64,000 nt of DNA, from assembly GCA_963974875.1 (NCBI GenBank), contig CAXBER010000005.1:120928-184927 (forward strand), given 5' to 3'. The notes beneath the pieces are model-generated. The model was not told the DNA's origin. It saw only the letters and a program-made list of their open reading frames with translations, and searched no databases. Shown piece by piece: positions 19,225 through 28,925 of this stretch (position 1 is the first letter of the stretch; the number at the start of each line of letters is the position of its first letter). Source of the DNA: an uncultured Pseudohongiella sp. (GTDB lineage Bacteria > Pseudomonadota > Gammaproteobacteria > Pseudomonadales > Pseudohongiellaceae). The position numbers were made by a program, and so were the translations under genes.

Positions 19225-20310
19225 TCAGAGCGAACAATCTACGATATGGTCTTCGAATACTGAGCCGATCAGCAGTCGCCCGTTGTACCAGGCACCTACG
19301 CTGGCGCCGGACATCAGCTCTCCGGTATCGATAAACTCAGTGCTCACCCCATAGCCAGAGGTGCCTTGTCGCACACGAACAACCTGTGATGGTGAATTTA
19401 CATTTTCATCTGTAGAGTGACGCACAAATGTGAGCAGGCGTGGATGCCCGCCAACCCAGAGATCACCAGTGACCGGGTCGATCTCGATATTGTCAGCGCC
19501 AAAACCAACGTCAATGACTTGCTGATGGGTCAGTGCGCCGCTGGCGGGTTCTCGCTGATAAACCTGAATGCGATTGCGACTGACTTCAGCAACGTACAGT
19601 CGTGTCCCGTCGGGGGAGACATTGATGCCATTGGCATAACTGAGCTGGCCGGCCACTTCGCTGAAAGCGTCGCCGTCAAAATAAACGACATTGGCCAGTG
19701 GCAGGCGCAGGTAGTCCTCCAGTTGACGCATCGCGCCGGGGCCTGAGCCGTGGTCGTTGCTAAAATAGAACCGTTCGTGGTCAACCCCCACCACATCATT
19801 GGGGCTGATCATCAGTTCATGCGCATGGGTCTGCCGATGAATCAGCGCATTGTCCACCACATCAAACACCTCAATGGTATGCCGCGGGCCACGCCCTTCG
19901 CCTTCGGGCGCGCCAAACAGGGACTCCCCCGGGTGATTGACGACAAACAGTGTTTCGCGTCCATCAGCGCCAACGTACAGAGAGAGCCCGTGAGGACGAA
20001 AGCGCAGGTCGGCATCCGGTGTCAGATTGATCGGAGTGGCTGATGGCGTGTCCAGATCGTACCGGAAAATTGCGCCGGGAGACGGGTTCCCGCTGATCAC
20101 CGAGCGTCGGTCGTCACTGGAAATATAGGCAAGGCGCCCATCGGGACGGATGGTGATATCTTCGCTGCCGGGCATGCCCGGGATCTGGCGGCATTGTCCG
20201 TAGTGCTGGTCGGCAAGGGTCCGGAATTCACCCGCATCGTTGGCCAGATAAATGACATAGGCAATGATCAGGGCGCATACGGCGCCAAAACCAATCAGGA
20301 ATTTCCGCAT
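19225..20310 (-). CDS. Paraoxonase/arylesterase-like (SMP-30/strictosidine synthase-like) beta-propeller lactonase
   Basis: N-terminal anchor; GSEDI, PHGL, PNDV, ANGI and ADNI motifs. Confidence 0.85.
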   Translation of the reverse strand: MRKFLIGFGAVCALIIAYVIYLANDAGEFRTLADQHYGQCRQIPGMPGSEDITIRPDGRLAYISSDDRRSVISGNPSPGAIFRYDLDTPSATPINLTPDADLRFRPHGLSLYVGADGRETLFVVNHPGESLFGAPEGEGRGPRHTIEVFDVVDNALIHRQTHAHELMISPNDVVGVDHERFYFSNDHGSGPGAMRQLEDYLRLPLANVVYFDGDAFSEVAGQLSYANGINVSPDGTRLYVAEVSRNRIQVYQREPASGALTHQQVIDVGFGADNIEIDPVTGDLWVGGHPRLLTFVRHSTDENVNSPSQVVRVRQGTSGYGVSTEFIDTGELMSGASVGAWYNGRLLIGSVFEDHIVDCSL

Positions 20311-20580
20311 TTGTTTATCTCCCTATTTGTTAACTTCCCTATCTACTGGCCCGCCTATCTATTAGCCCGCATGCTATTAACCCGCATGGGGACGCACCTA
20401 TCACCTTTAGTCAGTGAAGCGAATTATGGTGTAGATGTAAAGTCCGGCGGTAATATTTTGAGTGTGTGAATTCGTAATACTTTTCTGCTATACCCATTCG
20501 GGGGATTCAATAGAACATGATTTGTTTGAGGTTGTCAGTTGACAACCGGCTTTTCTCTTGTCACAATCAGGAGCCAAGGA

Positions 20581-20733
20581 ATGGCAAGGCCGACACACCC
20601 GAGAAAGGAAATTGAGCAGGCACTTCGTTTTGCAGAACAGCGGGGATGGGAGGTTAAGGTCAGTCACGCCAGAGCGCTGAGAAGGGTGGTAGAAAAATGC
20701 GTTAATCTGGCAGATCGTGTGGATTTAAATTGA
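20581..20733 (+). pseudogene. HicA-like toxin-family gene with probable in-frame internal deletion
   Basis: MARPTHPRKEIEQALRFAEQRGWEVKVSHA joins directly to RALRRVVEKC. Homologues I recall have a ~30-aa Cys-rich middle between GSHAWG and NHARALRR. Confidence 0.6.
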
Positions 20734-20742
20734 GAAATTGCC

Positions 20743-21267
20743 ATGGAATATACGTTCACCCTCAGATACCAGCTATCAGAACAAGACTGTGATCCCGACT
20801 TACTGCTTGAAAGGCTGGGAGCCGCGGGTTGTGATGACGCTCTGGTAGGTATCGGTCAGCCCGGCAGACTGGCACTGGAATTCTCCCGGGAGGCGCCTGA
20901 TGCGGAGCAGGCAATTGAATCGGCGTTGGCTGACGTGAAAACAGCTGTTCCATCAGCAACGTTGATTGAGGTTGCCCCGGATCTGGTTGGCTTGACGGAC
21001 GTTGCCGAGCTTGTGGGCGTGTCTCGCCAGGCGATGCGTAAACTGATGCTGTCCCATTCGATGACTTTCCCCAGCCCCATTCATGAAGGTGTTTTGTCTA
21101 TCTGGCATCTGGCCGACGTGCTTGATTGGCTGAAGGTGCGGGGTACGTACTCATTTGATGAGCGCGTGCTGGAAATCGCACAGGTGGCGCTGGGTGTGAA
21201 TATAGCCAAGGAAGCAAAGAGGCTTCATGAATTGTCCGCATCAACATACAACCATCGTCCGTCCTGA
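20743..21267 (+). CDS. HicB-like/HTH DNA-binding protein (putative antitoxin)
   Basis: GCDDALVGIGQPGRLALEFSREA N-terminal domain; HTH LVGLTDVAELVGVSRQAMRKL. Confidence 0.7.
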   Translation: MEYTFTLRYQLSEQDCDPDLLLERLGAAGCDDALVGIGQPGRLALEFSREAPDAEQAIESALADVKTAVPSATLIEVAPDLVGLTDVAELVGVSRQAMRKLMLSHSMTFPSPIHEGVLSIWHLADVLDWLKVRGTYSFDERVLEIAQVALGVNIAKEAKRLHELSASTYNHRPS

Positions 21268-21629
21268 CGCACAAACCGCGACTTCTCATGATGCAGTTGA
21301 ATCTGCCCATTTTCGTCGCGCCAGAATGCCTTGAACTCCACGGTGGCAGTATTGCCCTGCTGCTGACTGTCCACGACCTCCAGCCTGATCCAATCGGTAT
21401 CTGCAGCCCCCATCACAGCAGCGCTCACCGCCGGGCGGGTATCCGGGTGCCAGGTTTGCAGCAGATAGTCTCCCAGACCGCCGAGGGCAAATGCGCTGTA
21501 ACGCGAGCGCATCAGCTGTCTGGCGGTGCGCGCGTAAGCCTTGACGGCGTGGTAGGGGCCGCAGCAGGCGGCCAGACGTTTGTTGCTGCCGCATGGGCAT
21601 TGGGATTGTGAGTTGGTCATGGGTTGCAT
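21225..21629 (-). CDS. ychJ: YchJ family SEC-C motif protein
   Basis: CPCGS...CCGPYH, LMRSRYSAF, HEKSRF...WLYVD; ATG at 21629. Confidence 0.9.
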   Translation of the reverse strand: MQPMTNSQSQCPCGSNKRLAACCGPYHAVKAYARTARQLMRSRYSAFALGGLGDYLLQTWHPDTRPAVSAAVMGAADTDWIRLEVVDSQQQGNTATVEFKAFWRDENGQIQLHHEKSRFVRQDGRWLYVDADNS

Positions 21630-21739
21630 ATTAAACCAAATCCGGGCGCCAGCCGACAGGCAGGCTGGACAACGCCTTGAGCAGGAGATACCTTTTGTGG
21701 ATTGTGAATCCCATCCGCCTGCACCAGTGAGACCGACCG

Positions 21740-23137
21740 ATGAAGTTACACACGCTGCCATCCGCACGCCAGTCCACCCTCTTACTCAGCCTCGTGTTCA
21801 CTGTCCTGCACGGGGGCAATCTTCTGGCCCAGGCGCCCATAATGGTGCCGGCGTCCACGCCGGCACACGTACAGCCGTTGCCGACACTGCGTGAGCAGGC
21901 GTCCGAGCAGCAGGCGTGGCTGGAAGCGCGCCTCAATCGTGTGTTGCCGGCGCTGATGAGCGAGTACGGCGTCGACATGTGGATTCTGTCCATGCGCGAG
22001 TATGCCGAAGATCCCGTATTCTGGTCGATCACCGCGCCCACCACCTTCGCCGCCCGGCGCCGCTCCATTTATGTGATGACGCTGCAGCCTGATGGCACGG
22101 TAGAGCGGCTGGCACTGGGCGGTGGCAGCCAGGGCGGTGTGTTCGAGGCGTACCGGTCAACCCGGCCCGCACCCACGCAGGAGACCGGCGAGCTGGTGGG
22201 CGATGAGCAGTGGCAGCTTTTGCGTGAACTGATCGAAGATCGCGACCCGGCCAACATCGCGCTCAACATAGACCCTGACTGGGCCTTTTCTGACGGACTG
22301 CACGCCGGTGAGCGCGAGGTGCTTGAGGAGGCACTTGGCCCCTACGTCGATCGCGTGGTGCGTGAACCCCGCCTGGCGCTGAATTACATTGGGCTGCGCA
22401 TTCCCGAAATGATGCCGCGTTACCGCAAGATGATGGAGACCGTTCACGCGGTGATCTCTGAAGCCTTCTCCAACGCGGTGATTACACCCGGCGAAACCAC
22501 CACCGAAGACGTGATCTGGTGGCTGCGTCAGCGCGTGCAGGAACTGGGTTATCAGGTATGGTTTCAGCCCTCCGTGGATGTCTCACGCCAGGGCAGCGGG
22601 CGCATCAGCGGCGATACCGTCATCGAACCGGGTGATTTGCTGTGGACCGACTTCGGCGTGGTGGCCATGAACCTGCACACCGACACCCAGCATCTGGGTT
22701 ATGTGCTCAAACCCGGTGAAACCGAAGCACCTGCCGGTCTGCAACGCTGCCTGGCGGACTCCAATCGCATGCAGGCGTTGCTGCTGGAAGAAATGCAACC
22801 GGGCCGCACCGGTAACGAGATCCTCGCCTCAACACTGGCGCGCATCAGCGCCGAGGGCATCACCGGTACCGTCTACACCCACCCCATTGGTGACCACGGC
22901 CACGGCGCCGGACCGCTCATTGGCCGCTGGGATGGACAGGAAGGCGTGCCGATCCGGGGCGACGAAGTGCTGTTGCCTTCCACCTGGCACTCCATTGAGC
23001 TTCAAGCCACGCGTGAGATCCCCGAGTGGGGCGGTGAGCTGGCAAATTGTCGGCAGGAAGAAGAGGCGTATCTTGATGGCAGCGGTCAGCGGCATTGGGT
23101 ATATCGGCGTCAGACTGAGTTTCATTTAGTGTGGTGA
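21740..23137 (+). CDS. Secreted M24 family (Xaa-Pro-like) metallopeptidase
   Basis: Signal peptide; DFG...HTDTQ, YTHPIGDHGHGAGP and WHSIE motifs. Confidence 0.85.
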   Translation: MKLHTLPSARQSTLLLSLVFTVLHGGNLLAQAPIMVPASTPAHVQPLPTLREQASEQQAWLEARLNRVLPALMSEYGVDMWILSMREYAEDPVFWSITAPTTFAARRRSIYVMTLQPDGTVERLALGGGSQGGVFEAYRSTRPAPTQETGELVGDEQWQLLRELIEDRDPANIALNIDPDWAFSDGLHAGEREVLEEALGPYVDRVVREPRLALNYIGLRIPEMMPRYRKMMETVHAVISEAFSNAVITPGETTTEDVIWWLRQRVQELGYQVWFQPSVDVSRQGSGRISGDTVIEPGDLLWTDFGVVAMNLHTDTQHLGYVLKPGETEAPAGLQRCLADSNRMQALLLEEMQPGRTGNEILASTLARISAEGITGTVYTHPIGDHGHGAGPLIGRWDGQEGVPIRGDEVLLPSTWHSIELQATREIPEWGGELANCRQEEEAYLDGSGQRHWVYRRQTEFHLVW

Positions 23138-23244
23138 TAAGAGAAGGGTAAGTAAATATAGACGCACTCTTGAGCACATTTTCTGCTATACCTCGTAGGG
23201 GGAGTTGGTAAGCTAATAACTCAGCAACAAGGATCGGTGCTGAT

Positions 23245-23481
23245 ATGAAAACGACCGCATACTTTGACAAGTTGCATGCCAGAGAAGACAGATCATGTAT
23301 ACGGCTGCAATGGATTCAAAGAGTCATCGAGTCACCCATACGGGAGGTGACTCAAAGCGATGGAGGAATTAGACTTTGGGGTAGCGTGCCAGAAATGGAG
23401 AACAGATTTTTACGTGTTGTCCTGCTGTCAGATAGAGAGACAGTGCATAACGCTTTTTTCGACCGGAGATTTCGACCATGA
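23245..23481 (+). CDS. Small RelE/BrnT-like putative toxin
   Basis: 78 aa; DGGIRLWG...FLRVVLLSDRETVHNAFFDRRF; ATGA overlap with the DUF2283 gene. Confidence 0.6.
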   Translation: MKTTAYFDKLHAREDRSCIRLQWIQRVIESPIREVTQSDGGIRLWGSVPEMENRFLRVVLLSDRETVHNAFFDRRFRP

Positions 23482-23675
23482 AAATGAGTTACTTTGCGGA
23501 CACAGATACCCTGTACATTGAATTCAGGTCGATGGGAGCCGCAGATACAATAGATCTTGATGATAACACCGTCGTTGATTACGACGCGGCGGGTAACATT
23601 GTTGCGATCACGCTGGAGCATGCCAGTGCCAGAACAGATCTGCAGAATGTGACGCTATCCGGAATCGCGGCTTGA
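23478..23675 (+). CDS. DUF2283 family protein (putative antitoxin)
   Basis: YFADTDTLYIEF...VDYDAAGNIVAITLEHAS. Confidence 0.85.
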   Translation: MKMSYFADTDTLYIEFRSMGAADTIDLDDNTVVDYDAAGNIVAITLEHASARTDLQNVTLSGIAA

Positions 23676-23677
23676 TC

Positions 23678-24253
23678 CTAGTCAGTCGGCGCAGGCAGAC
23701 GCCATGAGTACACCAGCAACCACAGCGTGTTCACCATAATCTGTAATTTCTGCGCCATGGCCGTGGTGCCCAGGTTGGAGTCTGTCTCCCCATTCCACAC
23801 CAGCAGCAGGAAAAAGGCCGTGCTCAGCAGCGCACACACAAATGTGAAACTGCGCAGCGGATCATCACGGCGCAATATTGCATGCAATAGCAGAAACACA
23901 GGGAACAGCCCCAACTGCAGCGCGGCGCCTGAGTTGTGCGGCAGCCTGACGGGGTAGGGGAATGTCGCCACCAGCAGGATGCCAGTCGCCGCCACCACCA
24001 GCACTGCCACGGTCAACAAATTTCCCGCGGATTGCCGCAGTTGATAAAGACGAAACGCAATCATGAACTGCGTAATGGCAATGGCGTAGAAACCCAGGGT
24101 CAGCACCCAGCCTGCCGGACCGACAGCATAAATGCTCAGCGTCCGGTGCCACAACAACAGGTCGTCGCGGACAATATGCACAACAATAACGGCAACACAG
24201 AACCATGCTGCGCAGGCAAACGCCAGGTTTCGATAGAGCCTGTCTGATGTCAT
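23678..24253 (-). CDS. DUF998-like membrane protein
   Basis: Multi-TM; HIVRDDLLLWHRTLSIYAVG, FPYP...HN; likely ATG at 24253. Confidence 0.65.
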   Translation of the reverse strand: MTSDRLYRNLAFACAAWFCVAVIVVHIVRDDLLLWHRTLSIYAVGPAGWVLTLGFYAIAITQFMIAFRLYQLRQSAGNLLTVAVLVVAATGILLVATFPYPVRLPHNSGAALQLGLFPVFLLLHAILRRDDPLRSFTFVCALLSTAFFLLLVWNGETDSNLGTTAMAQKLQIMVNTLWLLVYSWRLPAPTD

Positions 24254-24487
24254 TCTGGAACCCGGTCCGGATAAAAGGAAGGTCAAATCAACGCCCATAT
24301 CTTCGCACGAAGTCCCACTTGAACAAACCGGTGATTCCGTGGCGGCAGCAATTTCTGTGCTGTCGTTCAGGGGGACGAAGTGTGCATTTGGCTGGCCAGT
24401 GAGCCGAATAAAAAGCATAATCGGCGCATATTCTGAACCAGATAATCGGTATGTGGTGGCAGAGATTGAGAACATTGGGCACATGAA

Positions 24488-25147
24488 GTGATTCAACTTA
24501 ACGCAACACGCAAGCTGTTCGCGAAACTCCCGTTGAAAAGTGACGGACAGTTGGCCGTGACCAAACGGACCGGGTGGCTTTACGAGCAGCCCGCGATTGA
24601 TGTCAATCCGTTGAGCGGCTGGCACGGCAATCTGGTGACTTTGCAGCGGCGTAACTGTGTCTTGCTGGTGCACGATCAGACTCGATTTCCCCTGGTATTA
24701 CCAGCGCTGACCAAACCGGATTTTGTTGAACTCAATGACCGTTTTGACGACGCGTTTATGAATACGCTGCTGAAGTGCGGCGCAGACGACCACCATCTTG
24801 ATACTGCCCATCGGTATCTGCGACCGTTTGTGGTCGGCACGCAAATTGACCGATCCGTGTTGGGTACCCTCAATCGTATGAAGGGTGATGTCGAGCACCT
24901 GCTGTGGTACGACAATGTCAACATAGCAGAATTGACAGGTTATCGTTTGGGGGCGTGGCTGGCGGACATGCCCTGGACAGCCAAGGGGCGTGGATACCTC
25001 CATCCACAAAAGGAAATGCTTGGCCTGCTTGACTCCCTGTCGGGCGCGGCATTATCGCGTCACGAACAAACCGGTACCGAGATGGATGCTGCGCAGGAGC
25101 TGCCAGGCAATGTGGTGTCCATGCAGGCGTTTCGGGACCGTCGCTGA
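24488..25147 (+). CDS. DUF6933-like hypothetical protein
   Basis: LSGWHGNLVTLQRRNCVLLVHDQTRFPLV pattern; GTG start. Confidence 0.55.
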   Translation: MIQLNATRKLFAKLPLKSDGQLAVTKRTGWLYEQPAIDVNPLSGWHGNLVTLQRRNCVLLVHDQTRFPLVLPALTKPDFVELNDRFDDAFMNTLLKCGADDHHLDTAHRYLRPFVVGTQIDRSVLGTLNRMKGDVEHLLWYDNVNIAELTGYRLGAWLADMPWTAKGRGYLHPQKEMLGLLDSLSGAALSRHEQTGTEMDAAQELPGNVVSMQAFRDRR

Positions 25148-25208
25148 CTTGATGTGTATTCGGTGGTTTTCCGACTACTTGTGATTTTCAGCGCCGGCCG
25201 GTGTCAAC

Positions 25209-26434
25209 TCAGGCCCGCTGTGCACCAGCTCGCCCATTCTCTACAACAAAAGATCTGGCCGTGCTCAGGGTAGCATTCGGATCCACCAGGCGGGCATCAG
25301 GCATGCTGCGATGGGCGGTACGCCACTCGTCGGTATTGACTTCACACAGCATGTAACCACGCTCCCGGGTCTCGATAAAACCCACATGCGGGTTCTGTGG
25401 TAACAGGGCGTTATAGGTGTCCATGTCGCCGCCGCCCGAGGTGATGGAGGTGCCGACAAATTCCGAGGCCACTGTGGCCGAGTCGGCATCGCGCCAGTCC
25501 GCCTTGATGTCGGTCACCCAGTAGGAATGCACATCCCCGCCAAGAAACACGGGGTTGGTGGTACTGTAATCCTGCAGAGTCTGCACAATTCGATCGCGTG
25601 CCGCTGGATAACCACCCCAGCCGTCGGTGGCATAGACAGGCATCTGCGGTGACCCGCGATTGAATTCGGCGAACAGGGTCTGCTGCGCCAGCACATTCCA
25701 GCGCGAATCGCTGTCGCGCAGGTGGTTGCGCAACCAGCTCTCCTGCGTCTCGCCCAGCATGGTCCGCGAGGGATCATTGAACTCGTTACACAATGCCGGT
25801 GTGACAGCCGGGCCGCGACCATTGTAGTCACAGGGATGATCACTGCGGTACTGGCGGTTATCCAGCACATGGAAGGCCAGCAGGTTTCCGAACGCCACAC
25901 GCTGATAGATGTGCATGTCCGGTCCGCGCGGGCGGGCACTGCCACGCAGCGGCATCATCTCGTAGTAGGCTTGATAGGCAGCGGCCCGGCGCTGCCTTCC
26001 ACAGGCGTGGTGATGGCTCGGCCAACCGGGCTGACATGATCGCCGAAACGGAACCGGTACCAATAGTCGCGCCCCGGCGTCAAGCCCTGAAATTCGACAT
26101 GGACGCTGTGTCCCCACGCTGGCTCGGCGATGGCGGTACCACTGCGCACGATGCGATTCATCGACTCGCTCTCGGCCAGCTCCCATTGCACGGGCACTGC
26201 CGCATCCGGCATACCGTAGTCTTCCAGCATCGGCTGCGGCGCCAGCCGGGTCCAGATCACAAAACCGTCGGAAAGGGGATCTCCCGAGGCCACGCCCAGG
26301 GTGAACGGATCGTCGGGCAGGCGCAGTTGGGCATGGACGCGCGGGATGATGATGGCCGGGGCAGCCGCGATTGTGGCGATTGAGGCGCCGAGCAGTCCGG
26401 CTGTCTTCAGGAACTGTCTGCGCGTGCGATGCAT
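25209..26434 (-). pseudogene. phoD: Alkaline phosphatase D pseudogene (internal deletion with frameshift)
   Basis: Tat signal (RRQFLK) and PhoD_N ([16 protein letters not shown]) are in one frame. [23 protein letters not shown] and GDVHSYW are in another. The GDYIY/WDDHE core is missing. Confidence 0.85.
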
Positions 26435-26480
26435 GGTTTTTCTCCCGGCCAGTTATTTGCACCCAGTCTGGCCGGCGTTT

Positions 26481-26498
26481 GTGACAGTACGTGAACAG
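26481..26498 (-). promoter_or_regulatory. Pho-box-like element upstream of phoD
   Basis: Minus strand CTGTTCA-CGTA-CTGTCAC, 11-bp period. Confidence 0.5.
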
Positions 26499-26534
26499 AT
26501 TTGTGTCGGTTCCGAGACGGTTTTGTGTCGCGTG

Positions 26535-26660
26535 CAGTTCAGCCATGCCTTTTGCCCGGGCAATATCTCCAAGCGCCATGGCGATAAAGGCGGCATCTCC
26601 GTCGCCTTCCTCATTAGCTGCTTCCAGATAGGCAGCCATTTCCTCGCAACTGCGAAGTTG
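26535..26660 (-). pseudogene. Internal fragment of an addiction-module antidote (HigA/HI1420-like) gene
   Basis: LRSCEEMAAYLEAANEEGDGDAAFIAMALGDIARAKGMAEL; clear DNA similarity to 41815-41940; no start codon and no HTH C-terminus. Confidence 0.85.
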
Positions 26661-26738
26661 CCGTCCATTTGCTGGTTTTGTCAGCGTCCATTTGTAGGGT
26701 GGATGGGATATACCGTCACTTCGCACTTTCTTTACGGA

Positions 26739-26762
26739 ACTATTAAGCGTATTATTAATAGT
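26739..26762 (+). promoter_or_regulatory. TA operator inverted repeat
   Basis: ACTATTAA-N8-TTAATAGT upstream of the Phd-like gene. Confidence 0.6.
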
Positions 26763-26796
26763 GCTTTTAAGAGTTCTTTTGTTGGAGGCAATACTG

Positions 26797-27054
26797 ATGG
26801 GTGCATTAACTGCCAATGACCTGAAAACCCGCGGGGTCAGCGCCGTGGAAGACGGCCTGCAGCACAATGATGAGCTCGTGATCTCCGTGCGCGGCAAGGA
26901 GCGTTATGTAGTTATGGCGATTGAGACCTATAACCGACTGCGCGAGCTGGAGCTGGCTGCCGCCGTGGCCGAAGCCAAAGCCGACTACGCGGCGGGGCGT
27001 TTCCACACGGACAGCGTGGAAGATCACATAAAGCGGATCACCGATGACCTATAG
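26797..27054 (+). CDS. Phd/YefM family antitoxin
   Basis: MGALTANDLK...VISVRGKERYVVMAIETY; GGAGG RBS. Confidence 0.85.
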   Translation: MGALTANDLKTRGVSAVEDGLQHNDELVISVRGKERYVVMAIETYNRLRELELAAAVAEAKADYAAGRFHTDSVEDHIKRITDDL

Positions 27055-27319
27055 GCTGGTTTACACCGACAGCTATGTGCGCCGCGCAAAGAAGTTTATT
27101 AAGCGTCACCCGCAGATACTGGGGCAATACGAAAAAACACTGCAGCTGCTGGAACTCAATCCCCGCCATCCTTCCTTGCGGCTGCATAACCTGGAGGGTG
27201 CGCTCAGCGGCTTGTCATCGGTGTCGATCAACATGAGTTACCGCATTGTGTTGGAATTTGTGATTCAGGATCGCGACATCATACTGATTGATATTGGTAA
27301 TCATGATCGGGTGTACTGA
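27044..27319 (+). CDS. RelE/ParE-superfamily toxin
   Basis: HPSLRLHNLEG...SVSINMSYRIVLEF; overlaps the antitoxin stop. Confidence 0.88.
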   Translation: MTYRLVYTDSYVRRAKKFIKRHPQILGQYEKTLQLLELNPRHPSLRLHNLEGALSGLSSVSINMSYRIVLEFVIQDRDIILIDIGNHDRVY

Positions 27320-27360
27320 TGGGCGGATCTCCCGCCCAGGATCAGCAGACCTGCATAGAA

Positions 27361-28689
27361 TCAGTCCGGCGCCGCCGCCAGGTCCGCGCGCAGATTTCTG
27401 GACGCCAGATAAAAATGGCAAGACGACCAGAACAGTACCGTCGGAATCAGTGCCACCATGGCATAACGCAGCGACTCATTACCCAGTGTGGGTAACAGGT
27501 AGTCACTCAGCATACCAACAGACCAGGGGCCAAGACCCAGACCAATAATATTGAGTATCAGGAACAAAATGGCCGACGCGGTGGCGCGCATGCGTTGCCC
27601 AACCAGGGCGTGCGAGGTCGCGATGGTGGTGCCCAGATAAACGTTAAACAGCAAGCCTGGTATAAAGGCCAGAATCAATGCCGTGTATTGGCTTGACGTC
27701 AAATAGACCGCCATCGTAAACGGCAAACTGATAAAGCCCGCGATGGCAGGCAGCCACATATACCAGCGCTTGTCGCGCGGTGCCAGTTTGTCGGCAATGA
27801 TACCGCCGGCAAACACGCCTATGGCACCAAACAGCCCGGTTGACAGCGCCAGCCAGGTGCCGAGTTCACCGGTTGTCATGCCGTGACTGCGGATAAAAAA
27901 CGAAGCCAGCCAGTTCAGTGTGCCGTAGGCCGCAAACGCATTGAGTCCTGCTGCCAGTGCCATATGACGGAATGATCTTCTGCTCCACAGTAGGGTTAAT
28001 ACATCCTTAAAAGGTACCAACGTTTCCGGGACATATTTATTTTCATTCAACCCACGGATTGGCTCGGCCAAGGTTCTGCGAATCAGCAAGGCGATCAGGA
28101 TGCCGGGTGCACCCACGACCACAAAGGCAACGCGCCAACCAAAAAACTCATTAAGCCAGCCGCCAAACAGGAAGCCAAACAGGATACCGATGTTGACACC
28201 TGTCGAGTAAATTGACAGCGCAGTCGCACGTTTTTCCGGCGGGTAAATGTCAGACACAATTGAGTGGGAGGGTGGGCTGCCGCCCGCCTCGCCGATCCCT
28301 ACGCCGATACGCGCCAGCAACAGCTGAATATAGTTCTGCACAAAACCACTGATGGCGGTCATAAAGCTCCAGACACCGATGGCCAGGGCAACAATATTGC
28401 GCCGGTTGCCCCGATCGGCCCAGCGCGCGATGGGTATGCCTGCCGTGACATAAAACATCGCAAACGCAAACCCGGTCAACAAACCCAGTTGACTGTCTGA
28501 CAACGACAGTTCCAGTTTGATGGACTCCTGCAGGATCGATAATAATTGCCGGTCGATAAAGTTAAAGCTGTAAACAACGGTAAGCACGCCGAGTGCGTAA
28601 TTCCTGGCGCGGTTGGTTGAGTAGGGGTTAAAGACGGGCGGTGGCGTTTGCTGTTGTTTTTCTTGTGTGCTTGCGCTTGTGTCAGTCAT
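27361..28689 (-). CDS. MFS transporter (spinster-like)
   Basis: NFIDRQLLSILQESIK, ADRGNRRN, GEAGGSPPS motifs; about 12 TM segments. Confidence 0.92.
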   Translation of the reverse strand: MTDTSASTQEKQQQTPPPVFNPYSTNRARNYALGVLTVVYSFNFIDRQLLSILQESIKLELSLSDSQLGLLTGFAFAMFYVTAGIPIARWADRGNRRNIVALAIGVWSFMTAISGFVQNYIQLLLARIGVGIGEAGGSPPSHSIVSDIYPPEKRATALSIYSTGVNIGILFGFLFGGWLNEFFGWRVAFVVVGAPGILIALLIRRTLAEPIRGLNENKYVPETLVPFKDVLTLLWSRRSFRHMALAAGLNAFAAYGTLNWLASFFIRSHGMTTGELGTWLALSTGLFGAIGVFAGGIIADKLAPRDKRWYMWLPAIAGFISLPFTMAVYLTSSQYTALILAFIPGLLFNVYLGTTIATSHALVGQRMRATASAILFLILNIIGLGLGPWSVGMLSDYLLPTLGNESLRYAMVALIPTVLFWSSCHFYLASRNLRADLAAAPD

Positions 28690-28829
28690 TAGGTGTTCCT
28701 GATAAGGCGTGCGTTTAAGAGAGCAGTTCTTTGAATTTTTTTATGTCTGGCATGCCGCTGTGAGACATCATATTGTGTTCTGCGTCATAAAAATAGCTGT
28801 ATGGCAGTTTGCCGGATCCGCTTTCTTTT

Positions 28830-28925
28830 AATGCCACAGACCCCGCGACCCTGCTCAATGACGATATCCACCTCAACCTGGTCTTTGTCCCGATAGTGGG
28901 TCAAGCGCAATTCGTCATCCAGCAC
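28830..28925 (-). pseudogene. Remnant of a DUF4143-type C-terminal domain (AAA ATPase family)
   Basis: Translates as LTHYRDKDQVEVDIVIEQGRGVCGI, the YR..EVD..GIE-type signature. Confidence 0.65.

Noticed and set aside
21841-21849. AATGGTGCC as a possible att copy of the tRNA-Leu 3' end
   Set aside because: The match is only 9 bp, lies inside a peptidase CDS and does not continue into the T-arm sequence.
24254-24673. N-terminal 140-aa extension of the DUF998-like ORF
   Set aside because: It overlaps the plus-strand gene at 24488 and looks like non-coding composition; the start at 24253 is more plausible.
25209-26897. 562-aa ORF as one real protein
   Set aside because: It is an accidental read-through of antisense Phd sequence, an antidote fragment, an off-frame phoD 5' region and the true phoD 3' half.
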